Below, piece by piece: positions 14,716 through 27,782 of a DNA stretch of 64,000 nucleotides. The stretch spans positions 12,504,549 through 12,568,548 of the forward strand of contig OZ316896.1 in assembly GCA_973895155.1 (NCBI GenBank), written 5' to 3'. Source of the DNA: Marsupella aquatica. Lineage: Eukaryota > Plantae > Marchantiophyta. The notes beneath the pieces are model-generated. The model was not told the origin of the DNA. It saw only the letters and a program-made list of their open reading frames with translations, and searched no databases. Both the position numbers and the translations under genes were made by a program. Position 1 is the stretch's first letter. Every line of letters starts with the position of its first letter.

Positions 14716-16292
14716 CCTATTCGTGAGGTTCAGTCAAATCAGGACAGGACAACATTCGGTCCTTGTCGGTAAAGATTTGCGGAGGCAAAATGATTTATGT
14801 AAAAGCCTCAATTGTGAAGGTATGTACAACCTTCGGCAAGCTCTACAGTCCATTTGCAGAGCAAAGCTCGTTCTCCCTTTGTGGTACCCCTTAGAATGTA
14901 GGTCATTAGGTGGTAGCCCAAAATTATTGTTTCATGATTCGATTTGAGGTTTAAGTATAATTTGATAGCCAATGTAACTCTCCAAGGGAGTTTAGGAGAC
15001 AATTTGTTAATCAATGTTTCACCAGCTATTCTCTCCACAATTTTGGTATGGAATTCACCTATTGATCTGTGTCAAGTCTGTTACTCTACACAACAAACCT
15101 CCCTCATGACGTTGTCCATCCCTTGGACGTTTTTCTCATTAGGATTTGTGCTTTTGACTCTACCCCAAAAACCCTTTCGTCATTGAATGTTTACCTCCTT
15201 CCTCTGTCTGCCCAGCATGGGTATGGGGCGCTACTTTCCCGTTTCGTTATTGCAGTTTTCTTTTCAAGATCTGACGTTCCAAAAACGAAAAAGAAAAGGA
15301 AATTTGCTCCTCTCTATGGAGGACAAAGTCAGTGAAGCCGCTACATTATTATTATTGACATAACAAATGCACACACGTTTTCCCTCGCATTGTGCCCTGT
15401 CACTGAATTTCAATATAATGACATCGTGTATCAATAGACGAGAGAACTGCACCTCTCACTGAATATATTGACATCATGTAGCAATAGACCAGACCACTGC
15501 ACCTGTGACAATATCTGGACATAATGTAGAAAGACACCAGAGGACCCAGGAAATTGGAGGCGTTGTGGCTTGTGACGTAACTGTACCTTCTGCCATTCTA
15601 AGTAATTTTTGAATATGATGTACACGCCCTTCACCACAATGGTCTCACTAAGGTTTACAATACATCTGGTTCATTAGTTCGTTCACCTAGTTGTGCAAAG
15701 AAAAGAAGCCATCTCTGCGAGTTAGATTGCTGCAAATGCATGTGCCGTTTTAGGTTGAAGTATAATTTTGAGCCTGATGAACTAACAAGACCACACTGAT
15801 ACTCAAAAACTAGACTGTCCCCTTTCATGTACACAATTGTACTCTATGTGAAATAAGTACTACTGGTTACCTTGAACCAGTCTCCAATTTGCACTTGAAC
15901 CGGGCTCCAATGTTCACAAAGAATCTGAATTAAATGGGAGATGGTTTTACAAGGAAATTTACTTTGCTCTGCCCACATTGTTTTAAAAGCAATTTGGAAA
16001 TTTCAACCTAACAAGCATATTTGAGCTTCAGAAGATTAGCCTGAATGCCCAAGATTTGCTCATCAATAGATGGTGAGGACTATCCTGCCTGTTTCTAGTT
16101 CCACCCCCAAAAGCATCTGTGACTCCACAGGCACCATCTAGAGGTTTAACTCACGGTAGGCCCACATCCACACATTCAATTGCGCTTATTAGATGGATAC
16201 TTCACTCACCTAATTGAACATGGCACACACCACAGCACTATGGCAGTGCTCTCCACTTTTAAATATGACCCACATTTCATGTGCAACACTAA

Positions 16293-19200
16293 GAGCATCC
16301 CCACTGGTTGCACCATTTGCGGGCCTGTATTAACATTATTTTCAGGGCCTGGTGAGGGCCGGCCGTCGGACCAGCTTCTGGTCCTGGAGTCTCTCCAACC
16401 TGACCACTGTAAACTGGGCCGGTCTGGGCCGGGAAACCAGCCCAGTTCAAACTATTGGGCCAGTTTGGTCGGGACTGGTCCGATAGTTCGAGCAGTAGTG
16501 TTGCCTGAATTGCTCTGTGAAACCTTGTTTTGTGTTCCCCTGTTCAAACTCCCCAACATTCCCCAAAGCAAGAATGTTCAAACACCGTAGTCAGATTTTA
16601 CACAATTTCCCACGAGAGCTTTGAGTAGCATGCAGTCCAGCTCTTGCATGAATTAGGACTGGTTGTCTGTTGTTTCCTCCACTTTGTCTGACTTGCTTCA
16701 TAGAAATCCAACCAGCTTTATTAGGGTAAACTTTTGGAATGAATTCACTAGCGGAATGGCGTTGCAAACTGTAGATGCAAATGCAAGCTAAGCTGACAGG
16801 AAATGGAGCACAAACAACTATGGTGGGAGACTATTACACTCTGTGGGACAATGTCTCTGATGGATTACTATAGTAGCCGTAGGATTCCTAAACGGGGTGG
16901 CTCTAGGCCAGGCAAGGTGCCATTGTTGATCGGGAGAGACAAGAGGGGCATGAGAGAATTTTGAAAGACTATTTCCGTGAGTAGCCAATGTACAATGACG
17001 TAAAATTCAGAAGGAGGTTCAGGATGAGGAAGAATCTTTTCTGGAAAATTCACAATGTTGTTTGTGAGTATGACCCGTATTTTTGCAAAAACGTGATGTT
17101 GCCAACGTTCTTGGTTTATCTACCAACGTTCTTGGTTTATCTCCCAACAAAAGATGATAGCTGCTCTTTGAATGCTCTCTCTGGGGATTTTGGCTGGTGC
17201 AGTAGACAAATATTGTCGGATTGGGGAAACCACGACTATGGAGTCTCTGAAAAGATTTGTGAGGGCCATTCGAGCAATTTTTGAGAGAGAATAAGTCGCG
17301 GAACTCGACTACCTTAACACTTAGCTCCAACGTCGCTGACTCCGACGCCGAGCTCCCTTATGGTCCAGGTCCGGATAGGCCATCCGGGGAGGACTTAGCA
17401 TGGGGAGACTTGTGGGCAATGGGAAGTGGCAATGGCGAAGACAAGGCGCCAAGCTGGTGACACACACTAAGGACTTAGGCTAGAAGAGAGCTGGTCGGGT
17501 CAAGGGGAAACGGACCGGACTCAAGGTCGACCATCCGGACCCCCGGACGGACTTTGAGTTCTGAGGGCTTGAGTGAGAGTTCCTCTTGGGCCCAAGGACA
17601 ATGGAGTTGACGCCATGGGCAACAGACGCTTGGGGCGCAAGTTATGGCCTGATCCGGGTTGGGCCGGTTGGGGCCCCGAGTGGGGATGAGACCTGAGGAC
17701 CTAGGCATGAGCACTGGGTCGGCCCGATCACAATGGGCTAAGGCACTTTGCTTGCGGACACCTAACGAGAAAGTTATGGGCGTTGCCAGTTGATGGCGCG
17801 CCCAGTATGCGCGATAGGATCCGGGTTGGAGGCCAAAAGTTTAGGGACCAAAGCTGGTCCGGGGGTGACAGGTCTCCAGAAGCATATATGAGGGGAGTGG
17901 TGTCTCCCTGGGGGCTAAGGGCGAGGCGAAGTCGTGAGCCACGGCGGTCGCGACACTAAGGGAAAGCGCCAAACAAAAATGGCGATATCTTCCCAATGGG
18001 AAGTCCGCTGGAGGACTTCTTGGGTGCGTTGGAAAGCACTCAAGGAGGGCTACGTCCTTCTGAGCTCAGCTGGGTCTGGGGGCACCATGGGTTCTCGAGG
18101 TTTGTGGGTGTTTGCTCGCCCGCTTGCCAAATCCTGCCGAACAGCAGCCAAGCCGCGTTCAGTCTCCCAAGGGAGCTTGCATTGGGGACGCAAGGCCAAG
18201 TAGGCGTGGAGGTTGAGTTCCAAGGGTGCTTGGGCCCTAGACCACCAGTGGGGAAAACCGGGAGTTGGTTGCTAGAGTCGGGGCCATTTTGGTCCCGACG
18301 TGTTGGGACAAGCTACGCTATTTGGGCCATGAGCATGTCCTGGGGTCAGGGCGATCAGTTGGTGATGAATAGGTACGAGGGGGAACCCGGGCCGCGTCCA
18401 AGGAAGGAGCTGTTCTGGATGAACAATGGGCGTGGGTTCTGGTTCCGGCTTATGGCATCGGGAGGACCTATCGCTGACCTATTTACCAATGTCTGTTGAG
18501 CTTGAGTTAGGATGCTAGACTTGTGAGTTCTAGATCTTGAAGGGTTACTTACCAAGGTGCTTGGTTGCTTGTGCAGACTGTGCGGACCATTGAGTAGCGG
18601 TCGTGTTAGAGAGCAAGTGCGGCTTCGTATGGGAGGGGCCGCTGGAGGTGCAAGAGGCACTAAGGTGCAAGAGGCACTAAGGTGCTTGCTCGAGGTATTC
18701 CGTGGAGGCGTCCGGGCACCAGGGGCACTTAGGCGTGGGTGCCAGGATTGGTGAGGACGTTGGGTGGCAAGGTCCACCATTGAATACCTCAGGCAACCAA
18801 CCAGAAAGGACATGGCAAAACAACTCAAAATTAACGAGGATAGGGGTTTTCTTGGAATGTTTGCCTCCCTAGCTAGATTGTATGCATTATCTATGGTCCC
18901 GTTGCTTGGACGGGATTGTTTATCAATAAAGATGGGGAAAATCAATTGTCTTGGAGGCAATTGCTCACCCGTCATTGTGGATCTGGCACGCCTACTTTGG
19001 TCTACCAGGAGCCAACAATGATATCAATGTATTGGATAGATCTCCACTTGTGAACAACTTTCTTAGAAGCAAAGCTCATGAGATGGGGATTCACAGTGAA
19101 CGGGAGAAAATATGACAGGTACTACCTTTTAATTGATTCCATATATCCTGAAGATTCATTTGGTCAAATTTTGTTCCAACTATTCTACTTCCGCAGGGTG

Positions 19201-19560
19201 AGGTAAGAAGTGGTTTTCAAAATGCCAAGAGGGAGCACGGAAAGATGTGGAGCATGCTTTCGGTGTTTTGCAGGCCAGGTTTGCAATTATTAGAAACCCT
19301 GCAAGGATTCATGACGTTCAAACAATCAAAGACATATGCCTGGCATGTGTCATATTACATAATATGATTGTCGAAGATGAGATATTGGAGCAGTTACCAG
19401 AAGAATGGGATCAGGGATCAAGACGTTTGATACGGTCCGGTGAAGGAATGAGGCTACGTACAATAGACTGGCAGCAATTATACTTAGCAGTCACAGGGAT
19501 TATTGAAGACACTTCAGTCCATTTTATGCTTTGAAATGACACAGTAGACCATTTGTGGGC
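16293..19560 (+). mobile_element. Decayed PIF/Harbinger DNA transposon (DDE transposase pseudogene)
   Basis: TAA followed by a TIR-like GAGCATCCCCACT at 16293 and GGGCC-rich subterminal DNA. Fragments FRRRFRMRKNLF, YCRIGETT, EYLRQPT, RGFLGM, LWIWHAYFGLPGANNDINVL, KDVEHAFGVLQARFAII and ACVILHNMIVEDE match plant Harbinger transposases. Stops, frameshifts and a 21-bp duplication at 17102-17142 are present. No 3' TIR located. Confidence 0.88.
17294..18781. mobile_element. 1488-bp GC-rich insertion (solo-LTR-like) within the Harbinger transposase
   Basis: Flanked by GAATA at 17289-17293 and 18782-18786. Removing it restores ...AIFEREYLRQPT. TATA-like catatatg near 17883. No recognisable ORF. Confidence 0.8.
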
Positions 19561-20464
19561 TCTGAAAGGTAGAGGGCATCACTTTCATTACGTGAGCAAT
19601 TTTGAGTGAGCAATTTTGAGTAGTTTTGACCATTGTTAATAACAATATATCCATACTTTGATCAAAACTGACTCTTTGAGTAGTAGGGATCGCTATCGGG
19701 TATTATCACAGTAGGTTTGTACTAGGGTAGGACATTGTAGGCATGGGAGATTCTTCTTGATGCTCATGAGCAGTTGTTGAATCTAGCCGATAAATTTGAG
19801 AAATCAAGGGACTGATCAACAAGTAGTTGTTACTGAAAGCTTAAACCACACCTGCCACTATAAAAGCCTCATTCCATGTCTCACTACTCACCATAAAAGG
19901 TGGAACACTAGCACCTTTTGTGGAGTACTTGCCAAAATAGGTTTTGCAGTCAACACCTTTTGTGAAGCTCAAAGCCCATTTCTGAACTTGTACTCTTTAG
20001 AATGAGAGCTACGGGTTACCCGTAGCCCTTTATAGGGGCAGGTGTGGTTTAAGCTAGCCGGTATAATTTTAATTTCTGCAAAAAATAATGAGGAGCTTCC
20101 CAAACCCGTTCCCAAACAAATTTGTCAAACTTGCTCCCAAACTTGCTCTTGTTTGCGTGTTGTAAATGTTTTGATAATTAGCTAGAGACATTTTGTTCTG
20201 TCCATCAGTATCTCCCACGTGATAGGGAGCATGATAGGAATCAATATTCATTGAATGTAATTGGAGCACTGTAGCTGCACCAGCTTTAATATTCATTGTA
20301 TTTGCTCTCTTTTATTCTAGATCAGGTCCAAGTGCCGGCTTATGTATCTCGTGGCAATTTTATAATGGGTTAAGGTCAGTTGCTTGTCATCAACACAGAT
20401 TTGACAAGACTTTTCTACACGCAATTGCACATAAGTCAATCTTATCGTGATATGTGTTACTTTA

Positions 20465-20790
20465 CTTTAAACCACCACTGTCCATATAAAAGGAGAAGTG
20501 TCCAAGACTCCACACTTTTTCATATTTCTCTCCTCTAGTATGAGACTTTGCTCCATAATTTCAGGAACAGGGTACTAAAAATGGTGAAACCTGGTGTAAC
20601 CAGGTTTTGTCATGGACGGTGGCGCTTTAAACCACCACTGGCCACATAAAAGGAGTGTCCAAAACTGCTCCCTTTTTCCACTCCTCTCCTCTACCCTGAG
20701 GTTTTGCTCCTCAATCTCAGGAGAAAATACTAAAACCTGGTGAAATCTGTGGAACCATGTTTTTGTCATGGCTAGTGGTTCTTTAAGCTT
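20465..20790. repeat. ~160-bp imperfect tandem duplication
   Basis: ctttaaaccaccactg...aaaaggag...ttttgtcatgg recurs at ~20465 and ~20624. Confidence 0.7.
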
Positions 20791-21008
20791 CACGACAATG
20801 ATGAGCCAAGGGAGCCCACAAGTTGATCAAATGGAATCTAATACCACCTACCCCCAAAAGTTCTTTTATATACCCGGGGGGTTTGACAAGAGTGTGTCTC
20901 GTCATCCAAGCAAAGGCCACTTCATACACTAGAGTTAAAACGGGAGTTAAAATGCCTGAGCCAAAATTTGTATGGTTTGGAGGTAATAAATGCAATTCCT
21001 TGGAAAAT

Positions 21009-21291
21009 CTCGGGGGTTTCACTTCCACAAAAATGGCACATCACGTGTGACGAAGGATATGGTCATTTTATTGGTTTGAAGGGAAGACTTAAGAATTTTT
21101 GCAGAAGAACAATAGGGTCTTTGAAATCCAATTTTGAGACTTATAAGAATATGAGGGTCTTTCTAACCAAAATTAAGGAATATTCCAACTTTATAGGGGT
21201 TGAAAAATATTTTTTTCTTACATTTCAGGGGTTCCAAGGCATAAAAACATCGCAGGGGATGGGGAGACATCCATATAGTGAGACCCCTGAG
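21009..21291. mobile_element. MITE, 283 bp, 15-bp TIRs, 8-bp TSD
   Basis: TIRs CTCGGGGGTTTCACT / AGTGAGACCCCTGAG. TGGAAAAT is duplicated at 21001-21008 and 21292-21299. Homologous copy at 51394-52638. Confidence 0.9.
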
Positions 21292-21774
21292 TGGAAAATG
21301 CGGCGGCTTGCTCCATTTTTTAGACCAACTCAAGCAAAAGACTAAGTTTTTGACAAAAAACCACATACACACCTGTGGAAAAAGGGACCCACAAGGGGCT
21401 CAATGACAGATGACCTAGGTTAGGTAATGGTTTTGCTTGATTGTACTCTCAAGGTCAAGTAATTGAAGTCTGAACAGTTTCCACATTTGAATGGCTAGGA
21501 TTGCATCGCACACATAGGAAAAGGGAACTGTTTGACTTCTCCTAAAACCACCCTAAGTGATAAAAACTTCTACTGTAAGCATTGGGGCCAGCCATTATTT
21601 TTCTTGGTTTTAAACATTAGCCAAGGTGGCTACTATTTTATCCTCCAGACAAGCACAGGTCTGGTTATGGAGTATTTCATTTCAATTATATTGTACAGTT
21701 TTCTAACTATTATATAGAGTTGGCTAACACTCCCTCATAATTAGGTAATGGCTAATGAAACATAATTTTTTAAA

Positions 21775-21953
21775 TTTCAGCCTGAGTATCATAAGCCTGG
21801 CTTTTTGTTTAGGTGAGTGATTGACTAATTTTCGCCCACCAAAAATAAAAGTGATGAGGGTCATTTTTTATGTGCAACTATTTCAGCCTGAGTATCAGTA
21901 GCCCGCCTACTTTTTAGGCGAGTGATTGACTAATTTTTGCCCACCAAAAATAA
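21775..21953. repeat. ~105-bp tandem duplication
   Basis: tttcagcctgagtatca...gagtgattgactaatttt.gcccaccaaaaa occurs twice. Confidence 0.75.
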
Positions 21954-23265
21954 TTGATCAGGGCTGTTATTTTTTATGTACAGCTCAGCATTTTTTTGAG
22001 TGGCAAAAAGTCTCCAAATTTTTGCCCAAAAAGCTTTTTCTGTCTCATTAGCCAGTGTCCCACCTAATCACAGACCCCATTAGCCAGAATCTAACGGTCA
22101 CCCTTAAATCTAGGGAGATCTGACTATCAGGAAAATAATCAAATAAATAAATACTCTGAGCATCTTATCCTTCGCACAAGTGAACATTGGCCCAAAATAA
22201 TAAATAAGGAATGTTTTGAGCATGTCTCCTTCACACACTTAACATTTGACCCTCATGTAACATTTGACACTCAGGCTAAAAAGTAAAAACCCCTAGACAT
22301 TTACTCAATGGACCCCCAAAATGCAAAATGTTTCTTGATGGACAAATGAATGATCCAGACTTTTGATAGATCTCAAATCAATGTACCCAAGAGCTCATGT
22401 GGTCTATTATATATGGAAGATATTTAAATTGAGGGGTCCGTCAAGTATATCTCGTAAAAACCCTTTAGAAAAATACTTTGGTGCACTACCACGACCCCCG
22501 GGAATATGCTTTCCTAGGCCGAATTGTCAATGAACTGTGCAGCACTCCAAAATCGGCTGGGAGCCGGACCCAGTCTTCTTCCTTACGTAACCAGACTCTC
22601 TTCACTTTTGAGAGCCCTCCTCATTCCTTCATAGTTCTGTCCCTCTCTCCTCAACTCTCCCTCCTCCCCTTTCCTGCTCAACGACGATTGAAGAGGATGA
22701 AAATGTGGGCATTGAGTAGATAGCTTCTCGACTAGTTGAGCCTCCGTCCTCTCCTTTCGTGCTCAATGACGATTGAAAAAGATTACAAATCTCGGCGTTG
22801 AGTAGATATATAGCTTCGGAGAAGAAGACTGGAATTTTGTTTCGAAGGGCGAGACAGTGCTATTGACAGCTCTGAGGACGTTTGTGCTGCCATAGTGTTT
22901 CTCTTCGCCGACAAGCTGGCTTGCAGCAGCTGATCGTGGGCTGGCTTGGCGAGCAGGACCTTCCGCTGGCTCGTCGTGTGGGGCCTGGCGCCAGGTATGC
23001 TATACGTGCCATGTAGTGACCATGTAGGGGATGTTTTCCTCGTCAGTTTCCGTGATTGCACTGTAGGGAGAAAACTCGCAAGGAAGCGTGTCAGTGAAGC
23101 GAATCCTTTCAGTCCGGGTATGGACGATCATGTCGTACGAGGAAGTTGAAATTGAAAATCCTTAACACTGTTTTGTTTGATGGCAGCAATTTTCCCCCGG
23201 GGGCTTCAGATTGAACTAGGTCTCTGGTGGAAGACGATTGTGGGAACCTTGGATTGTTTTACAGC

Positions 23266-24734
23266 ATGACCCTCGCGGGGACCCTCGTTGCCATCGGAGT
23301 TTCGACGCAACTGGCTAGAACGATGCGGCGGTATAAAAAAGACAAGAAGATGGCGCTTCATTTCAAGAGAAAATTGCCAATCGTGCCGAGATTTGTACAT
23401 GAACTTCTAGCCTGTTTGACAGATGTGGTGTATGCGCGTGACAATGGCATAAGTCCCGAAATTCATTGTGAACACCTAGGTTATAAAGCAATAGACGAAC
23501 TAGTCCTCTCAGCTTACGGTGATGAATTCCTCCGGTGCATAGTCTTCGAAAGAGACGGACTTGGGGTAAACCTTTCCACACCATCTCAATGAATTTATAG
23601 TTACTTATTAAGATTGCCGTAATTAGTAAAAAATTTCTTCAATCAGTCTCGATTCAAATAATAGCTTCAAGCAGATTGACTGTGCCAAATGTTGTGCAGA
23701 ATGGCATCATATATTGTTGTCTGACCAAACCTGGAATTGTTGGCCTTGTAATTTAATTACAGGAGTGTCTCTCAGACGTGCATCTCTAAACTTCTGGCTT
23801 GATTTCCATAGCATTTTGGGGTTGGAAAGTATCGTTTAAACTGAAGCAGTTTTTCACAATGGTGCAGTCTAACAGTTGCGCTTTACGCTTACGCGTGGTG
23901 GATAAGTCAGGAAAGGAACAGTTCGAGGAGGTTCCATCGCGGAAGTATGTGGTGGCCGTCCGGGGGACCATACCCTCCAGGGTCACGGACATACGTGACG
24001 ACCTCAGACTTATAATCGAGCGTGTGTGTGAGCGAAAGAAGTTTTACGAGCCTTTGATGCAATTACTCTCAGAGCTTCATCGACATGCGGGTAAAGACGA
24101 GGTGTGGGTAACTGGCCACTCACTGGGTGCAGCAACCATCCTTGTTGCAACCCGTCGACTTGCGGACGAGCAAGGCATTGTGCTCGCCACTCACTTGTTC
24201 AACCCTCCCAACCTTTCCGCAGATCTTGGGTTGAAGAAACTGGCCATTGGCACGGCAAAAGGCTTGGGCTCCGGAGCTGGGAAAGTCCCTGTCGCTGGTC
24301 ACTTGATGAAACCAGCAATTGAAGCATTTGCTTCTTTGGTTATCAACGTGACGGAGAAGAGCGGCAGAATGGTGGGTAAGGCCTTGGCACCAGACACCTA
24401 TGAACGGGCAGCCAAGAGAAATGAGAAACTGCTCAAGACAGGCTTCTGTCCACATCTATATGTGAATCCAAGAGATTTCGTCTGCAATGAATATATTCAG
24501 CACTTCCGTCCACACCTCCGACGTGGTCCTTCACCAGTGTCCACCTCCGTTCTCTTCACGCAATTTTTCCTGAGTCTGGGCGATGGTAAAGAGTCGGGTC
24601 ATGGCTCTTGTCACTTGATTCCTCAAGCAGTTGTGCACGTGAATAATTGGGCAACCGGGCCTTGGCACGCCCACAAACTCACTCAGTGGTATCGCTATGA
24701 TCCTGTCAACTTCACATCAAGGCATGCCGGGTGA
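23266..24734 (+). pseudogene. Class-3 lipase-like alpha/beta hydrolase (At4g10955-like); probable pseudogene or stop-containing allele
   Basis: Motifs LLACLTDVVYARD, YVVAVRGT, VWVTGHSLGA (GxSxG), THLFNPP, PHLYVNPRDFVC and AHKLTQWY. The likely phase-0 intron 23566-23762 puts an in-frame TAA at 23787-23789. Confidence 0.75.
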
Positions 24735-24836
24735 AGAGTCGGGTCATGACTCTTGTCACTTGATTTTTCAAGCAGTTTTGCACGTGAAAAATGGGGCAGC
24801 CGGGCCTTGGCACTCCCACAAACTCACTCTATGGTA

Positions 24837-25569
24837 AAGTGGGTACACAACTCTTGTATAATATGCAAGGTATACATTTTTATATGGACTAAAAAGTTGG
24901 CTATAAGAAAAATTAAAATTTGAAGAAACTTGGCTTTTCCACTTTTGAAAATTTTTAAGTCAGAAAAGGTTTGGTTTTCTTAGTTTTCCACATAAAATTA
25001 AAACTAAACTTATTGTAATTTTTATTAAAATATTTTTAAATTTTTAATAAAAATCCCAAAAAGCTGGCAATAAAAATCCCAAAAAGCCATATAATTTGGT
25101 TTTGTCTTGTACGGGAATGGGGAGGAAATACAATTAGACTCCCCCATCCCAATGTGACAGTGTTTCTGTAGTGAAACCAGACAAGGGTGAGCCCCAACGG
25201 ATCCAACAGGGACCCGCACTAGGAAGGAGAGAGGATTAAATTAGGGCCACAAAGTGGACGACCAGGGGCTGAGCAGATAATAAGAACAACAATCCACTAC
25301 CCACAAAACCCATCCCACCCACACACATATCCCCTGGGACCTTTGAGTTCCAGGCAAATCCCCTAGCCAATATAATTTGGTTTTGATCCAAATTTTTCCA
25401 TATCAAAACAAGTCCAATTTTTTTTTAAGTTACATCTTTGGATTCCTTGAGTTGAGAGGTACAAGATTTTAGTAGGCTAAAATGAAACTTCACATGGTCA
25501 ATTGGACATAAAATCATTATAACGAATTAAAAACCTGCCTTATAAAAAGGGGAGTTGCATATCGGGGGA
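24837..25569. mobile_element. 733-bp non-autonomous insertion in a duplicated lipase 3' segment
   Basis: ATGGTA flanks both sides (24831-24836 and 25570-25575). The duplicated lipase tail resumes at 25576 (ccgcatgatcctgtcaa). Termini show only weak inverted similarity. Confidence 0.7.
25105..25370 (-). mobile_element. SINE copy (deleted head) nested in the 733-bp insertion
   Basis: 15-bp TSD TATAATTTGGTTTTG at 25090-25104 and 25371-25385. Body resembles the SINE at 53777-54109 (ctgggacctttg.gttc.aggc...cccct.gccaa). Confidence 0.75.
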
Positions 25570-27782
25570 ATGGTACCGCATGATCCTGTCAATTTCCCAT
25601 CAACGCATGCAGGTAGATCATTTATACTAAGCTCCATAATGTTGAGCATAGACGACATTCACAACGGCAAGCCCATGAACCATCCAACGCACAAGAGTCG
25701 ACACGGAGAGATACGTGGTTCACCTCCACATGAGGCTACGTTCACAGGAACACACAAGAGCTTTACTGCACTCTAGGTCGACCGGCCATACCAAGCATCC
25801 ACAACGCAAGCTCTCCCTATCCCTCAACTAGCTCCGTAACAATGAGCCTAAGTTCCACCAAGGGTCTGACATCAGCCTTGGCTAAATACACAACAGCACT
25901 ACTGCTGACATTAGCAAAGTCCTAACCTGAGTTAGATTAATTGTGGTTAGCTTATGAGTCACAAGACTAAAGCAATATCTAACACATAAGACTGACTTTT
26001 AAAAAATGACTGGACTTGATTGTGTTCTCAACTTAATTACCATCCAAGCTTCGCACTTGACCACTTCGTGAACCCTCGTTAAATTTCCTTTATATTCTCA
26101 TTGAAGGTTCTGGGCCATAGTAAGAGCACTCCCACCTGACTGTGCACACCTACAAAACAGCCCTACTAGTCTCAGCGGAAAATCAAGAGGGTGGGTTTCC
26201 CGACATACGGGATGTCTTGGATATTGCTGGCAACTTTATTAGATGGGAAGATGGGAAGATTGTACATATGGGAAGACTGAGAGAAGACTCATCATGACAC
26301 AATGACAATTTTTCCAAGATACTTACTCCCACGGCGGACCTTCCGGGTGATCAATGGCTGTTTGTACAAGAACAACAACTTTGCCCCACCAATTGACACA
26401 CTTCTACATACGGTTCTAATTTGGATGCAAGGCAGCGATGCAATGAATGACTTTGGCTATGTGCCACTCCATGAATCTTCACAATTACTTTATTTTTGGT
26501 AAATTGAGATAAGATGTACTCTCCACATAAGTAACTAAGGCGTGCTCAGCCTGAGACATGTTTCATTTCTTGTCTTGCAGTGATCCATTTATGAGTTTCA
26601 ATGTATATTGGAGAGATAAATTTTAACTCTTAGATAGTTATATTAGAATGTTGAGTCGAGAACAATACCTATAGTAGATTGGTTGCGGGATTAATGGGTG
26701 AGTAGAACAAGGGAAACTTAAAAGTAAACCGTGTGGTGCATTACTTGTCCTTGTGCTCTCATTGTGTGATTGGGTGTGTGATTAAATATCTGTTGTCTTT
26801 AATTAGTATGTTCAATCAAATAACCATGTTCACTATATGATGCATCAAGTCAACTATTAAAATATAAATACTATGTATACTGGGTACACTAGAACTCTAT
26901 ACATATTTAAGAGTTTGAGCACTCTGACTGACTAATGTGCTCTACATCGGGGTCTACATGCCAACTAACATAGCTTCACTCTCACCACACCATAGCCACA
27001 TAACATAAGAGTACTAGTGCCGGAAGACTCAACTTGGAAGAATGAATACTCATTCTTCAAGTATACCCCCCATCCTTGGCACAATATGTACATGGTGGCA
27101 GTTTCAACTTCTAGTGTATTTCTTTGAGTAATCTCAACTGGTTGGTCAAGTCTAAGAACAACATGCAACTTACTGCTAAGACAATAGAAAATTGCAAAAC
27201 ATGGCTTTTGAATTCTACTATTTCTCCATTGAGTGATCTCAATTGGTATATAAGTAGATTAAAGTCAAAGTCTACATTGTTTACTCGAGTTAGTGTTAAT
27301 TACTACAAAAATAATGCTACTATAAACAGTGCTAGTACTGGTAGCATGTGAGTTTCAATTAGTTTACATGGTGGTAAGTCATATATTGCTCATGTCCAAA
27401 TTACTCAGGGCAATCATATAATTCACAAAAGTGAAAAGTTCATTGACATTTGGTTTATGCAATATGACCAGAAATTAATTGATTAGAAATTGAGCTCATT
27501 GGAAATGAAGTGAATGATGCAGAAAATGATCAAACTTTGTGAGATGATAGATTAGTCCGGATATCATAGAACTTACTAACTGGAAAATACGGGATTCAAG
27601 AGAGATAAAATAGTTGTCCAAATGCATGCACAAGTTTGGCAAAAACTAGTCATTTACAGTTGGTCAAGGCCCCTAATAAAACTAATTGAGGTAGTTAATT
27701 TACGGTATGTAAGTCCCTGTAAAAGCTATTCTTTGGCATACTTTGAAAACCAGCCAATCACCTTGCTTTTTCCCGTGTAAAG

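Noticed and set aside
17934-18975. Overlapping ORFs inside the 1.5-kb insertion
   Set aside because: Expected in GC-rich DNA. No gag, pol or other motif is recognisable.
23787-23789. RNA editing to repair the lipase stop or the PAB1 His codon
   Set aside because: Plant C/U editing is organellar and these are spliceosomal nuclear genes.
26500-27500. Ty1/copia RT-RNaseH remnant
   Set aside because: Only faint motif echoes (IHKSEKFIDIWF on +, LCGY/WHVDPD on -) on inconsistent strands, which is not enough without a search.
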